The notes under the pieces are model-generated. The model was not told where the DNA came from. It did not search any database and was given only the letters and a program-made list of their open reading frames with translations. 64,000 bases of DNA from Chrysomallon squamiferum (taxonomy: Eukaryota; Animalia; Mollusca): contig CM022671.1 of the NCBI GenBank assembly GCA_012295275.1, positions 16,864,001 through 16,928,000 of the forward strand. Reading direction: 5' to 3'. Position 1 is the stretch's first letter. The number at the start of each line of letters is the position of its first letter. Positions 1 to 13,800 of the stretch are shown here, piece by piece. The translations under genes and the position numbers were made by a program.

Positions 1-131
1 TTAAAAATTAAAAGCTGCCATCGTTAATAACACTCATCATCTATTATGGAACCTATCTACAGAACAATTAATTTATGTTACAGTTTTTTTCTTTTATTAT
101 TATTTTTATTATTTATTTATTTTATTTTATT

Positions 132-988
132 TTAATTTTTTTCTGGAGTTGCATTTCTGTAGTATCTTAGATCATACCTGTAAAAAAAAAAAGATATCAA
201 TTGTTTTATCTGTACAACATAATACATATTACATATGTTAGTGGGTTTTTTTTTTTCTCACTTATACTTCTGTAGAATCTCAGATGACAAAGCAAATAAA
301 ATATAAAAAAAGGTATTTATATATTATATCAGCTGTTTTAAATTATACCTCTTCCTGTTCACTAAATTTAATGGCTTCCACTGAAATCTCTGCAATGGTG
401 GTAACCTCTGATTTGACACTTTCACTACGCAGTTTTTCAGAACTAAAACAGCAGAAAAAGACAAAATATATGACAGACTTTATTTGTAAACAAATTAAAT
501 AAACTGAAAGCAAAGCAAGTTATTTCCATATGTGTTACCTTTCATTTTTATATCCTCATAACAATCACTATGTTTAAGTATATGATAAAAAGAAACATCT
601 CTACGCAGAAGCTAAAGGTTGCCTCCTCTAAGCGATGCCAAGCTGCTTTCATAGGGGTGTTTTTTTTCCCTTAGTCGAGCTTGTTTTATCGTTATTTTTC
701 TACATTTTCCAAAATAATTAATATAATGGGACAATATACAGATTCAGCTTCATCTTCATATCTGTTTATTGCGTCTGAATATTGATAACCATTGCACAAG
801 TTTACCGTTTCAAAGTAATCCTCACTCTGACAAAACGGTAAGCTTATTATGCTTTTCTCTGTTAGTTTGCAAAATTTCATACAAATGTTAGGCAGCAGGT
901 ACTTAATATGGGTTAGAAGGACAAATTGTGTTCTCAGCAAACGATGTGGCCATACAGTGATCACTGTTGCAGTTGCAGTCTGAGACAT
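132..988 (-). pseudogene. Uncharacterised 3-exon gene, apparently disrupted (pseudogene, null allele or assembly errors)
   Basis: ATG at 988; candidate exons 988-539 (donor GTAACA), 442-349 (ttttAG...GTATAA) and 177-132 (ttttacAG...TAA) with compatible phases 1 and 2, ending ...KVLKNCVVKVSNQRLPPLQRFQWKPLNLVNRKRYDLRYYRNATPEKN*. Needs one extra A near 695 and passage through a TAG at 614-612. No family recognised. Confidence 0.4.
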
Positions 989-1110
989 TCAATGTTTCAG
1001 AGTCTCGTGTGTTATCAGTTATTTATTTATGCAACTGACTAATTAGGAGACATAAATGTTAATTACTGTGCAGATTTAAATATAATTTTCTTTTTGATAA
1101 AGATGCTGAT

Positions 1111-1207
1111 TTCAAAGAAAGTTCTTAGCAAATTAGTTTCCTAACTCTGAACCAGTTTGGTGATTGGGCAATGTGATCATGTGATATCATACTAGTAACA
1201 CGATTGG
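1111..1207 (-). promoter_or_regulatory. Two CCAAT boxes plus CHR-like TTTGAA upstream of the left-end gene
   Basis: Minus-strand CCAAT at 1207-1203 and 1167-1163, then TTTGAA at 1116-1111, about 120 nt before the ATG at 988. This matches the NF-Y/CHR layout of cell-cycle promoters. Confidence 0.4.
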
Positions 1208-3868
1208 ATGAACAGTATTTTTCTTTTACAGTCCACATGTGCTAATCTGTGCAAGTAATAATTAAATTCCACTGAGTGTTAGCAATGTGTTTAAGAATAC
1301 CGTATGTCTCTATGATTAATCAAAAGCCTGATATATAAATTATGCATATTGGTTTGAAACTATGTGAGGTAGTCAAAGTCGTAATCTAGCAATCGTAAGC
1401 AACTTAAATGTTTGCTAATTTGTAATTATCACTTCCTTTTTTCTTTTTTTTTTAATTTGGCATTATCACGACTGTGCATATACGGAATAATTTAAATTTG
1501 GTTTATTGAATGGTTGCCGTTTCGTGTTATAATAATTATTTTTAAGTTTTAATTAACTTTCGGTGTGTAAAAACAGGGAAATACTAATATATTTAATATT
1601 AAGATGTCGGTACCTCTCCATTCCGACTACGAAACCACAGGCAGTCAGTTACATTGACACGTTGTCTTTGCTAAACATGGAGCATACTCGGATGTGACAC
1701 TTGTTCTCCTATTTTTCATTCTTTAACATTGTTAACATCTATGTAAAATAATGGTCTGGGTATGTCCAATAACAACCCGCCATTCCTCTTTCGGCGGCGA
1801 TGTATTTTTCTAAGGAACAAAAGCACGTACACCAGTCTTGTTTTCCTAATTCGTGAACAAACTCCTATTCATTTTTAGATCGGCAGCCCTAAAATGCGGA
1901 CCGTTGTTCTTATGCAGAAAATAATTGTTTTTCTTTTTGTTGTAACTCTGTGCACAGAATAAAACTTTCACCTTTGATTTTGTTGTTGTTGTTATTATTA
2001 TTATAATTATTATTATATGCATTTTCTATTTCTGTCTCCATGTGCTAAACAGTCTAATAAAATAAATAACTGCTTATTATGCAAATTAAAAAAAAATCAT
2101 CTGCATCTGGTCAAAAATAAATATCTTTATTTGATCTACAATGAGTTCTCATCTAATAAGCCATATGCACATAGTTTTAATCTTCATGTCAAATAAATAA
2201 CTGTTTATTCAGTTCTGAATTATAATACTATAAATAAAAATGAACACAAGCTGTATGCCACTAATAGGCCTAAATACTCTCTTTTGAGGCGTCAGTGACA
2301 AAACAAAAAGAAACAAAAAAATAGTTTGAATAATTTATGCCTATTTAATTTTCCTTTATCGGTATTAAAATTATTTCATATTTCTTAAAACAAGAAATAA
2401 ATTAATAATATTTTTCATTTAGAATTATGTGACGTCTTTGTCTCGTAAGTTAGACTCACCTCAAATATGGCGCACCCCTTAGCTAATAAAATTGATCCGC
2501 ACCTCCAGTAATACGCGAGGCGGTACATCACACTGTTTATTTAGAATGTCAGTGCACTATTGCATTATAAATTAAAATAATTCTTAAATTTATGTTATTT
2601 TCATGACTAAATATTAAAAATACCGAAGCTATTTAACCCGAAAAGATCGAAAAGGCTATTCAACCGGAAACGTACGGGCAGCTTCCTTTATTTACATATT
2701 TGTCCTATTAAATTTTTATATTAATTTTTTGTTGTTGTTGTTATTATTATTATTTTTTATCTATTTGTTTATTATTTGTACATCGTGCACCTAAAATGAA
2801 CTGAAAGCATAAACGAAATCTATATTAGGCTTCCATGTCAGCAATTCATATTAATAATTAGACACATTTTATAAGAATTACATAATTGCGGACTGTATCA
2901 TACTACAACATACATCAATAGTCATATATTATTATTATTATTATTATTATTATTTTATTATTATTTGTTTTATGTTCGTTATTAAACTTAATTTTGTCTC
3001 TCATATTTATCTTTATGTGACTGAGTGTAAAAAAAAAAGTGCTAATCAGAGCAAGCTATCGTGAAGCACGTCTGTGTCGGTCACGCTCTTTGACCAGCGC
3101 CGCAGGGCGCGGCTTTCTGAAAAGATCTTTCGTTCTCACGTCTATTTATTTCACGCAAAAAAAAAAAAAAATAATATATATAAAGATAATGAAAAAAAAA
3201 AATAACTGCGAAGGTCAGAAAACTATTTATAATAAGATAAATAAAACTGCTAAAATATTTCAATTAAATACAGCAGATAGATCACTTACTGGGGAATATC
3301 TAAACTAAGCAATAAATGAATATGAGTATTTAATTATCTTTGTAAACAAGTAGTACATTAACTGTCAGTTTGTTACCCCTCTTAACGGTCACACGTCACG
3401 CTCACTATGACGTTGTCTGACCTACATACAGTAGCTTAATTTATTATCTTATGAGTTCAGCTTATATAGACCGTAAACGTGGTCACTGGTTACTGAATTT
3501 AAACCTTAAACGTCTTAAATTACATCAGTATAAAACGTAGTAATTAGAAAATTAAGTGTGAACCGTTCCTTCGTCATATCAGTAATAACTAGCCGAACGG
3601 TAGTAGTGTACTAGTATTAGTCGGAGTAGTAGTAATAGTAGAAGCAAGAAGTAACAGAACTTGTCCTTGTTCTAAATAATAATGTTATATAAATATTTCT
3701 GAAAGAATCACACGTTCGTATCCATGCGTTTTTCACTTACATTTTTGTGAGAAATTTAACCAAACTACAATTTAGGTAATATTTAATAAATCATTAGATT
3801 TAAGCATAATGTTATTTACACGGGAAGTTTAAAAAAAGATAGAAAGAGAAAAGAAGATAAAAGAATTA

Positions 3869-3872
<4 letters not shown>

Positions 3873-3914
<42 letters not shown>
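3873..3914. repeat. (CA)n microsatellite
   Basis: Pure CA run. Confidence 0.95.
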
Positions 3915-3919
<5 letters not shown>

Positions 3920-4398
3920 AAACGTAGTATCAGTATAATATATTTAACCATAAGAAGTCGTCATCAAAATATGCAGGTCTCTTAGCTTTGTCTTTGTCTA
4001 GTCTCTATATAGTTTCTAAAAGGGAGTTAATAATGGTTCAGAAGCTTTGGAATAAACGATTTAATTGCTCTTGAGAGGAGATGGACGATAAGATAGAATA
4101 TTGGCATTTTTATTCTTTTTTCTTTCTTTCTTTCTTGCTTTCTTTTCTTATGAATGTTTTCTTTAAATGATTTATTTATTTATCTGTTTTTCATAATCAT
4201 CAGTGGAAGACAGTTTCAAATTAAAAATAATTCCTACCAACGTTTTATCCATTAGTTTCTTCATTAGGCCATTCAGATTCGAGAAAAGTATTACGCTGTT
4301 GATATTATTTTTCTTCGTGCATTGAACTTTTACTACTATTGACATTTGCAAGTCTAGGTACTCTCCCTTAACAATTTTAACCTAATTCATATAATGGA

Positions 4399-4480
4399 TG
4401 ACGTCAGGTTATCCGTAAAATCTCCATTATCTATTGGCGGATTCAACACACGCCTCCGATGTCAAAGGTAAAGGTTATGC
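4399..4480 (+). promoter_or_regulatory. Proximal promoter motifs of HDHD5
   Basis: Perfect CRE palindrome TGACGTCA at 4399-4406, inverted CCAAT (ATTGG) near 4434 and nuclear-receptor-like TCAAAGGTAAAGGTTA, 50-130 nt upstream of the ATG. Confidence 0.45.
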
Positions 4481-4525
4481 AGCGTTTGTGACAGGTTTAA
4501 TAACACCGTCTTTCTGAAACAGCTG

Positions 4526-6550
4526 ATGATGGCTTGTCGTCATTTTTTGAAGTCCGGGTTTCTTCTAGAAATGTATGGCAAACACAGCCCGATCTTGGGA
4601 TTAACTAACGTTGGCAGAATCATTCTCCACAATCGACATTTTCATTCTCAGGTAGGTAGTGTATTTTACTTTTTTAGGTTAGCAACAATGCCCAGTTTAA
4701 AAATGCGCCAAAACAATTAGTTTTTTTGCTCATCGAAGTCTTATTTATTTGGAATACGGTAAGGCATGAAAGGGAAATGTCAAAAAAAGAAAAAAAAAAA
4801 AAAAGAAAAACAAAAGCGCCTTCTAGACTTAACCAAGCCACTGTAAAAACAAACGTAGAAAAATTCTCTGATAGTAACTGAGAGGCTGTACGTTTTTAAG
4901 GTAAATAGGTACTAAGGTAGTATTACTGTTTCTGTAAATCGTTCCTTGGGCATTATTTGATTAGGTTTTTGGAAACATTCATTTTATTTATTTCTTATAT
5001 TTTTTATGTTAGCAAAACAACACAAAAATATAAAAATAAAAATAAATAAATAATATAAAAGCTAAATAAATAAATAATGATATAAGGGTATTTTGAATCT
5101 TCATTTCATTTAAATGAAGCCAATACTTATTGATATAATTATATTATCAAAAATGTAATTCTTACTTATTAAATTAATTAAAATTATTATTTGATGTTAA
5201 AATAATGATAACCAAGATGTGTTTAAATGTATTGATAATTCCATAGCTAACTCTAACAATAATAACAAAACAATATGGATTTTTCAAATCAGAAAAACAT
5301 AGTGTTGATATTTAATATGGCAGTATGTTATGATAATAAAAATGAAAAATTAGTTTCAGGTTATAGATAACAAATACAATTTTGCTGTTAAAAATATTGT
5401 AATGATTCAGTGAGGTATTAATTTTTATTATTTCTTAACCAGTTTCCTCTAATGATTTAGATTCCACAGTACAGTAAATTTAAAATATTGTGTTGGAGAC
5501 AAAGAAAAAAGCATTATGTATAAAAATATACAATACCTAATGTTATTATGTTTAAGCCGCATGTATATTATTATTTAAAATCATATTCTGATGTTTATTA
5601 ATTTTGTCAAAATACATATTTACATTGCTTATTAATAGAGGCAAAGCTTTTAATAATTTCAGTAGTATTATAATATAAAAAAATGCAATACTCAAAATAC
5701 TAAATATTTAAATAAAAATTGTTAAATAGAAGACCTTTTGCACTGACAGTTAGTCATGGGAACTTCCAAATCTAAAATTGTGCAGAATATATATAGAGAG
5801 AAAAATACAGCTTCCTTTCCCTAAGAAAGTTGAGGTGAACCAGGAAAATATTTAAGTTAGGTACTGACTAGAGTTACTGATCTTTTGTGTACCGGTAATA
5901 CTGAGAAGTGCAAGAGTATTATTCATCTACCAATCCCATCTTTACATCTGATACATTTACAAATGACACCCACTGTTAAAATTACAGTTATTACAGCAGA
6001 ACGAAAATGCTTGTTTCACATGTAAAAAGATTTGTAATTATTTATTCATTAAAAGCCAAAATGACTCAAATCAGTATCCATTAAACAAAAGACGTGTGGT
6101 CTGCCCAAAACTATATTTTAATTGTTTTTGTTCACTGTTTCTGAAACTCATCAATAAAATACTAAAATAAAGATACTGAGATATCCTTGGTTGATCAATA
6201 CAGTCTTCTCTGATGCACAGCGATCTATGGTAACAAGTTATTCAGTCCTAGTGTCTGAATTTAGGTTACCAGTCTTGCCTGGATATGGGCAAATAATAAT
6301 TTTGTTTGTTTCTTAATTTTTACTTAGACACATACTGATTTTCTGTTGTTGAAAACAGTGTTCTGATTTAATATTAACAAAAATCAAACACACACACACA
6401 CACACACACAGACAGACACACGCACGCACACACACGCCTAGTATGTCCATCATCTCTCTATTCTTTCATATATATCTTTTTTACACACACACACTTTCTC
6501 TCTCTCTCTGTGTGTATGTATGTATGTATGTATGTATGTATGTATGTATG

Positions 6551-6609
<59 letters not shown>

Positions 6610-9045
6610 ATATATATAATGATTTTAGATCTGTTGAATCTAATTTTGCATAACTGTTCTGTAATAATTTATTCTTAAAGCATTTAATTGAAATCAAAAG
6701 GTCAGGTATCACTAACACTGTTAAACTGAGAACTGAAATGACAATCCTCTATTTTGTAATTTAATCAACTGACATTCTGTGTCCAAAATAAACCAACCTA
6801 AAATACACACTATTATATTCTCACTCCTTCGCTTCTATTTTTAATTTGGCTTTGACACTGATGTTTCTCAACATTTGATATTAAAAGAAAATGTCTCACA
6901 GCCCAAATATATTCTTTCGGTTTGCTGTTTTTATTTATTTTTTTTATTTTCTTTCTTGTTACTACTATCATCATTATTATCTTCATTAGTATTATTAAAT
7001 TATTACTAAGATTATCATTGTTATCATCATCATCATCATTATTAATGGGGCTTTTTTTTTTTTTTATCCAGCGAAACTGTTATTCTAAATTTGGATTTCT
7101 TTTTGACATTGATGGGGTCATTGTCAGAGGAAAACGCATTCTTCCATCTGCCAAGGAAGCATTTGCCGTTTTGACAGACAGATATGGCAAGTTCAGGGTT
7201 CCTTGTCTTTTTGTCACTAACGCAGGGAACACACTGAGACAAAACAAGGCTCTGCAGTTATCTGAATGGCTGGGCATTAAGGTGAGAACAGTTTGAATTT
7301 TTATTATTAGAAACTGATACTTTTTATTTATCGCGGATGCTAAATTAGGAAGGCAAAAGAAGTTTTGGTAAGTATTGATCCAAATGTGCTAGAAGTGACT
7401 ACAAACAGATAATGACAGAGTATGAGTCAGATGCAGATGTTAGTTAACAAGAATATGTAAGTAAAAAGTTGAGTTTTATAATAATCTCAAGTTCTATCAA
7501 CAACATAGCAAGTAAAATCTCTACTTGAGATGGGAACAAAATTGATCATAAGCTGTTTTAAAAATAGGACTGTGGTGGAATGGTAAGATTAAATGAAATA
7601 ATAATGAAGTTGCATACATGTGGATGTATGCAGTCTTCAAAAAAACAAAACAAAAAAAACCCACATCAAAGTTGACTGGTATTAGAAAAATGAAAGACAC
7701 CTGAGACTGGTTATTAACAAAACTGACAAGAGACATTGCAAGTTGTTGAAACCAGTCTAGGACCATTTGATGATCAGTGGATACAACTAAATAATTACTG
7801 GAAGTTAATCAATATAATTAAAAACAAGTACCAGAACTATTAAAAGAAATTTACCTCCTGCAGATGAATATGTTTCTGTTTTCCTCTAACCTGTAAAACT
7901 TTGAATGCAGTTTTAAGTGTACCCTGCAGTGAAAAGACTGTACAAGAAATATTCTCTTAAATCATATGCATTCAATTCATGTTCATATGTGTGTGTATGT
8001 GTGTTTGTCCATATATTAATATATGCATTCAGTTCTGAAATACAGAAATAAAATTGTGTCTAAATATAACTTTTATACAGTGTTTTATATCATGCTATGA
8101 TTACAGGTGATTGTAATTACAGTTAATAATAGATATTTTTTTTATGTTTTTAATGTCAAATGGCTGGCATAAGCAACTAACTAATTGATATTACATTTTG
8201 AAAAGAAATATAAAATTTTACTAAAATTCATCATTGTTTTTTACTTTAGTGCTATAGATAATATCTGGTTAACACATAAATCGTTGGATAACTGGTAATC
8301 TTGAACATTAGGTCTGCCTCTTGTTAGCAGGTTTTACTCAGTATTTTTTAATGATTATTTTCATTTTACTCTTAGTGCAGATATATATATAAAAAAAAAG
8401 GATGTAATGAATAAAAAAAAAATGATATCTCAGTATTAATCTTGATTAATTAGGGTTGACCTAAACTTGACGATTACTGGAAAATTAATTAACTTTCTGT
8501 CTGAAATTTTGAATCAGAAATTTATATATTTATATAATATCTCTTAAAAAAATGTTAATTCACTTAATAACTGAGATATTTAAATGTTTATTATTATCAC
8601 AAATAGTTTGACTAACAGACCGTTTCTGATCTTTTAAGTTAAAAAAACAACAACAAATGACAAGGGACATTAATTTTCATCTGGGTCCAGCAAATGGCTT
8701 CTTCTTCTTCTTCTTCTTCTTCTTCTTCTTCATGTTTATGCTTACATTTGTTATTTTTAACTATCACAAGGTCTCTCAGGACCAGGTCGTAATGTCTCAC
8801 AGTCCAGTGAAGATGTTCACTCAGTTCCATGACAAACATGTCCTTGTGTCCGGCCAGGGGCCAGTTGAGGAGATAGCCGAATGTCTTGGCTTCCAGCACG
8901 TCATCACAGTGGAACAACTGAGACAAGTGTACACCAACCTTGACATGGTTGATCACACCCGCAGAATTTCAGCAGTAAGTTTCGCCACATCCTTTGTTCC
9001 TTCTCATTCAATTTTATTATATTTTCGTTTTTTTTTTTTTTTTTT

Positions 9046-9080
<35 letters not shown>

Positions 9081-9713
9081 CAAGGCTTGTTGACCTGAAA
9101 GTATTATTTGTGAAATTATATCGACTGATACAAAATCCTTGATTTTTATGATAATAGGTTGTTTTGGGGAAAAGATTAAATTTTTTTATTTATTTTTTTT
9201 TTATTTTGGCTGTAATCCAGGTGATTCATAAAGGTGATAACTTTTTACATGGATACACAGTTACTTTGTCCAGTTTTCTAACAATACTGTAATGTTGTGT
9301 ACTAAACATGCAGTGAATACATTTTTGTAGGATGTTTATGTTATTCTAAACTTCCCTGTTCTAAATAAGAAAATACATACTGTAGCAAATTATACTATTT
9401 TTCTGGAAACACTATATACACTATAAAACATTATATACCGATTGCATTTTTATTTACTCATTTTATAGTAAGACTGACTTTTTTTTACTAATTATTTATT
9501 TACGTAATTTAATTTTGATTTTTATTGTCTTTTAATAACAAATTATAGCAAATTAGTAATTTATAATTAATTTTGTTTCCGTTACACTTACAAAACACTG
9601 ACTTAATCTGAATGTTTTTTTTTAACATGTTGTTGCTAATACTAATGGAATAATTTATAATTTGTTATTTAATGAAATTCTAATGAAAAGGAGATTAACC
9701 GAGAGTTCAATGT

Positions 9714-9766
<53 letters not shown>

Positions 9767-10268
9767 TTTTTATTATTTTTCTTTCTTTGCAGCCTTGTGC
9801 CTTTGAAAAGTACTTTCCAAGAATAGAGGGTAAGATTTCTGATTTCTATACTCTTTTTGAATGCAGTTATTTTCTCAGAATATATCTTGTTTCTAAACTC
9901 ATAATGCTTATGAATAATTACTGATAGCTAAATGTAATTTTACAACAACATAAATGTTGTAATATTTGTCACTACTGTGTATGCAGGTACACAGTTTATG
10001 CTAAACCATCAAATCTGGACCATGTTTCACGCTGTTAAATGTAGTTTTCAAGGTCACCTGTACATCAAGTCAGATTATTTTGTTATTACTTGTCATGTTT
10101 TGAAGTAAACTTCAGTATTTTTTTTTTATTCACTGTCTTTGCAGTAATGTTTAAAAAATAATAATTGATAATTATGTTAGTAATAAATTTCTGTTATTGT
10201 GTTACTTCAGTTAGGTTTTTTTTTTTTTTTTTTTCTTGGAGCCATGTCAATTTAAAAAATCCTCTATA

Positions 10269-10311
<43 letters not shown>

Positions 10312-10825
10312 GATTTTTTTACTTTATATCTGAACTTCATACAAAAACTCTTCATTAAAATTAAGAGAAAACTAATTCCAACAGATTTAAGATCATGTCA
10401 GTATTACAATGTCAGAGACTCCTGTAGTAAATAATTTGTTTAAATTAATCTGCTCTGCTGTTTCAGCTGTGATACTGTTTGGAGAACCGGTCAGATGGGA
10501 GACCAATCTGCAGCTGATAATAGATGTTCTGATGACAGACGGGAAGCCCTCTGCCCCTCCGAAACAAACTGTGTACCCACATCTACCTATCATAGCATGC
10601 AATATGGATCTCTTGTGGATGGCCGAAGCTCCCCTTCCAAGGTAAAAATGTTTTTAATTTCAACTGCATATGTGAGCTTAAATTAATATGCAAGTAACAG
10701 AAATGAACTGATAAGATGTGGAAAATAACTAAAAAGAAAAATGTATTTAAAGAGTTTTATTTAATAATATGTGTATGGTTAGTTTTGATTGTAATTAGGT
10801 ATGCATATGTGAGTATGTGAGGGGA

Positions 10826-10889
<64 letters not shown>

Positions 10890-13800
10890 TGCATGTGTTT
10901 GATTTTGATGGATGTTTAATACATAGTTGTTGTTTTTTTTAACTCTTTTGCTAGTTGTTACATCCATGCAATAACATAATACTCAACATCAACCTTAGGT
11001 ATGGCTGCTATGTGATTACATTTTTTATTATCTGTGTTAACTTACTCTTTCTGCTGTATTACATGTGGAAGAGGGCATCGTAACATTCTGCTATCAGTTG
11101 TTAGTGTTTAGTGTGGCAAAACTGTTATATATCTCCAGTCAGAATACAAATTGTTTGTTTTTAATGACAGTTCATTAGAAAAGGTTAGCACTGATGAAGA
11201 AGATGGTTGTCAATTTTCAATCAATATTTTTTCTATTTTGTTTTTTTCTTGACATTAAAGTTAAAGGGGTTGATGGTATAAAGAGGTACATTAAGTTGAA
11301 GAGGATGATTATCAGTATGAAAAAAATACTTTAAAAAAAAAATAAATTTTAATGTCATGTTAAAGGGATTAAGCGAATAAAAAAAAATGTTGATTTCATT
11401 ACTATTGTAATTTATTTGTACATAACCTTTACTGAAGTATGATTCCTGTATACTAGCATTTAGTACCTTATGTTTTTTTGTTGTTTTTTTTGTCTGTTTA
11501 TTTTGTTTGTTTCTGAGGGATATTGATTTATTGTCATCATACACTATCTACCATGAACTTCAAAGCTCTGAAATCCATTTTACCACACAGAAAACACATT
11601 TTAATCACAACACCCAATTGATACAACCTCCTGTCTCTTAAAATGTATCATCAGTCATTAGCAACCATCATGATTATAAAGGTTTTTAGATCAGTTTTGT
11701 CATTATCTTTCTAGTAATGGACATTGAAATCATCTCATTATCAGTTTGCCGCAAATGTGTCTTTGAAAGAAAGTTTTCTACATCACCGAAAGTGTCAAAT
11801 TTATTCTTAAAGTATGTTTGAAGTGCATGTGTATTCAAATTTTTTAAATGATTTTAAAAATGGAGGATAGCAGTAAACATTTCTTCTGAATTTAAAATGT
11901 GCAAAGCCACAGTAATTTTGAGTTAAAAAATTAACAATATCGAGGAATACAGTTGCAAGCGGGTTAGTTAATAATCTTTACTGGTATATTTAGTGGGGTG
12001 TTTTCAGGTTTTCTTAGAATATAACTAAAATTTGTATCAGTCAAAGATCTCAGGAGTTATTCATCTGTACCATCTTTGTAAAGATGTGTGTGTGTGTGTC
12101 ACTGGGTGGCTAGTTTTTGTATTGCTACTTAAACAAAGAGACAGAAGTACATTTCAACAGATGAATTTTAAAATATTCAAGAAGAGTTGGAGTGTAAACT
12201 GTTGTCAGGAGACAGTCATTTTTTTTTTCTTTCTACTTCCTGCATTGTCAGATGATTTTTAGCTGTAGAGGATGTCAGCACAAAAATAATTAATTAGTTA
12301 GTGTCTTGAAAACCTCATGTATGCAGAACAATGTAAATATACTTAAATTTGTAATTTAATTTGATAATTTGTTCTGTTGATAAAGAATGAAGATTTGTTT
12401 TAATTTCCATTTTATATAAACCATTATTATATTTTTGTTTTTGCTTCCTGTTTATTTGGGGGTTTTTTTGTGTATATTTTTTTTATATATATTTTTTTTT
12501 TTATCTAAGAAAAGGGTTTATGGTTATTTTTTTATTCTGCCCCTAGGCATCTATTATTTACATGAAAGTCAGAAAAACAAACAACAAAATACAGTAAAAT
12601 TTATATAAATTTTAAAATATAAAACTTATTTCAATATGTATACATAGCTGTGCTTAATGAAACAGGATTTCTCTAACACTGAAAACAATCTGGACTTTAC
12701 TAATTAATCTGTTTTTGTGTTATTTCATTTATTATTCATCTACCCACCCCCACATGCATCCCTCACTCTTTCTCTCTCCATTCCATCACTGCTGGTCTTT
12801 TGCCAAACTGCAATACTTTGCACATGAACCTGGAATTTATTAAATCAAATTAAGAAACCTCACACCTATATATATATATCCATTTTAGAGTGGTTTCTGC
12901 TCTTCTGGAATATTCTAGAAAAATTATTATAATTTACTCCTAGTTTCCTCTAGAAGATACTGTAAGCAAAATAAACAACAAATATTTAATAGTTATTAAT
13001 TGTGTATAGAGTAGCACATAAAAATAATTTTATTCTTTTAATTTTAATTTAATTTTATTATTTCATTAATAATATGCAACAGAGGAAACTTACCCCCGTT
13101 TTATGGCTACTTTTATCACATCTAAGCAAGACATCTTTTTAATGTTTTTTCCCATAGACATAGCAACACATCAAAACCAGAATATTACATTGATAGTCAT
13201 GTGAATTGCATCAATAGACATACCAAAGTGGGCTGAACTGAAAATCTTTAGATTTATATTCTGTCTCTGGTTAGTTTTGCAATACGAAGGACTGGCCCAA
13301 ATATGTACTCTGAGGAGAATTGATCTATTGATCTGTCGTGTCTCAGACCACACACAAATCACTGAAATAAAATCAATGAAAATGTGACACACACTGAAGA
13401 TTACTGATGACTGTTGGTTATTTAACTTGGTGTCTCACTCACTTGATGAAATGATTTCTATCAATTAAATTTGATTTTTAGCATTTTTAAAATATGTCTA
13501 GCTATCTATCGATCTTACGATCTATCTATCTATAAATTTACAACATGAGATAAAAAAAAAATAATTTTAAAGAAGAAAAGAATGAAACAAACACAAGAAA
13601 AACACTGTTTAAAAATTAAAAAAAACTAAGAAAAAAGAATAAAACTAGTAAAAGGTATGAGGAAAAACAAATACACAAGCCTTTAAATTCCTCTCTATTA
13701 TTATTATTTTTTTATTCATGTGTTTGTTCATGCATTAACTCTGTCACAATAATCCTCTATGAAAGGAAAACATTTCTTTTATAAGGCTGCTTTATATTAC

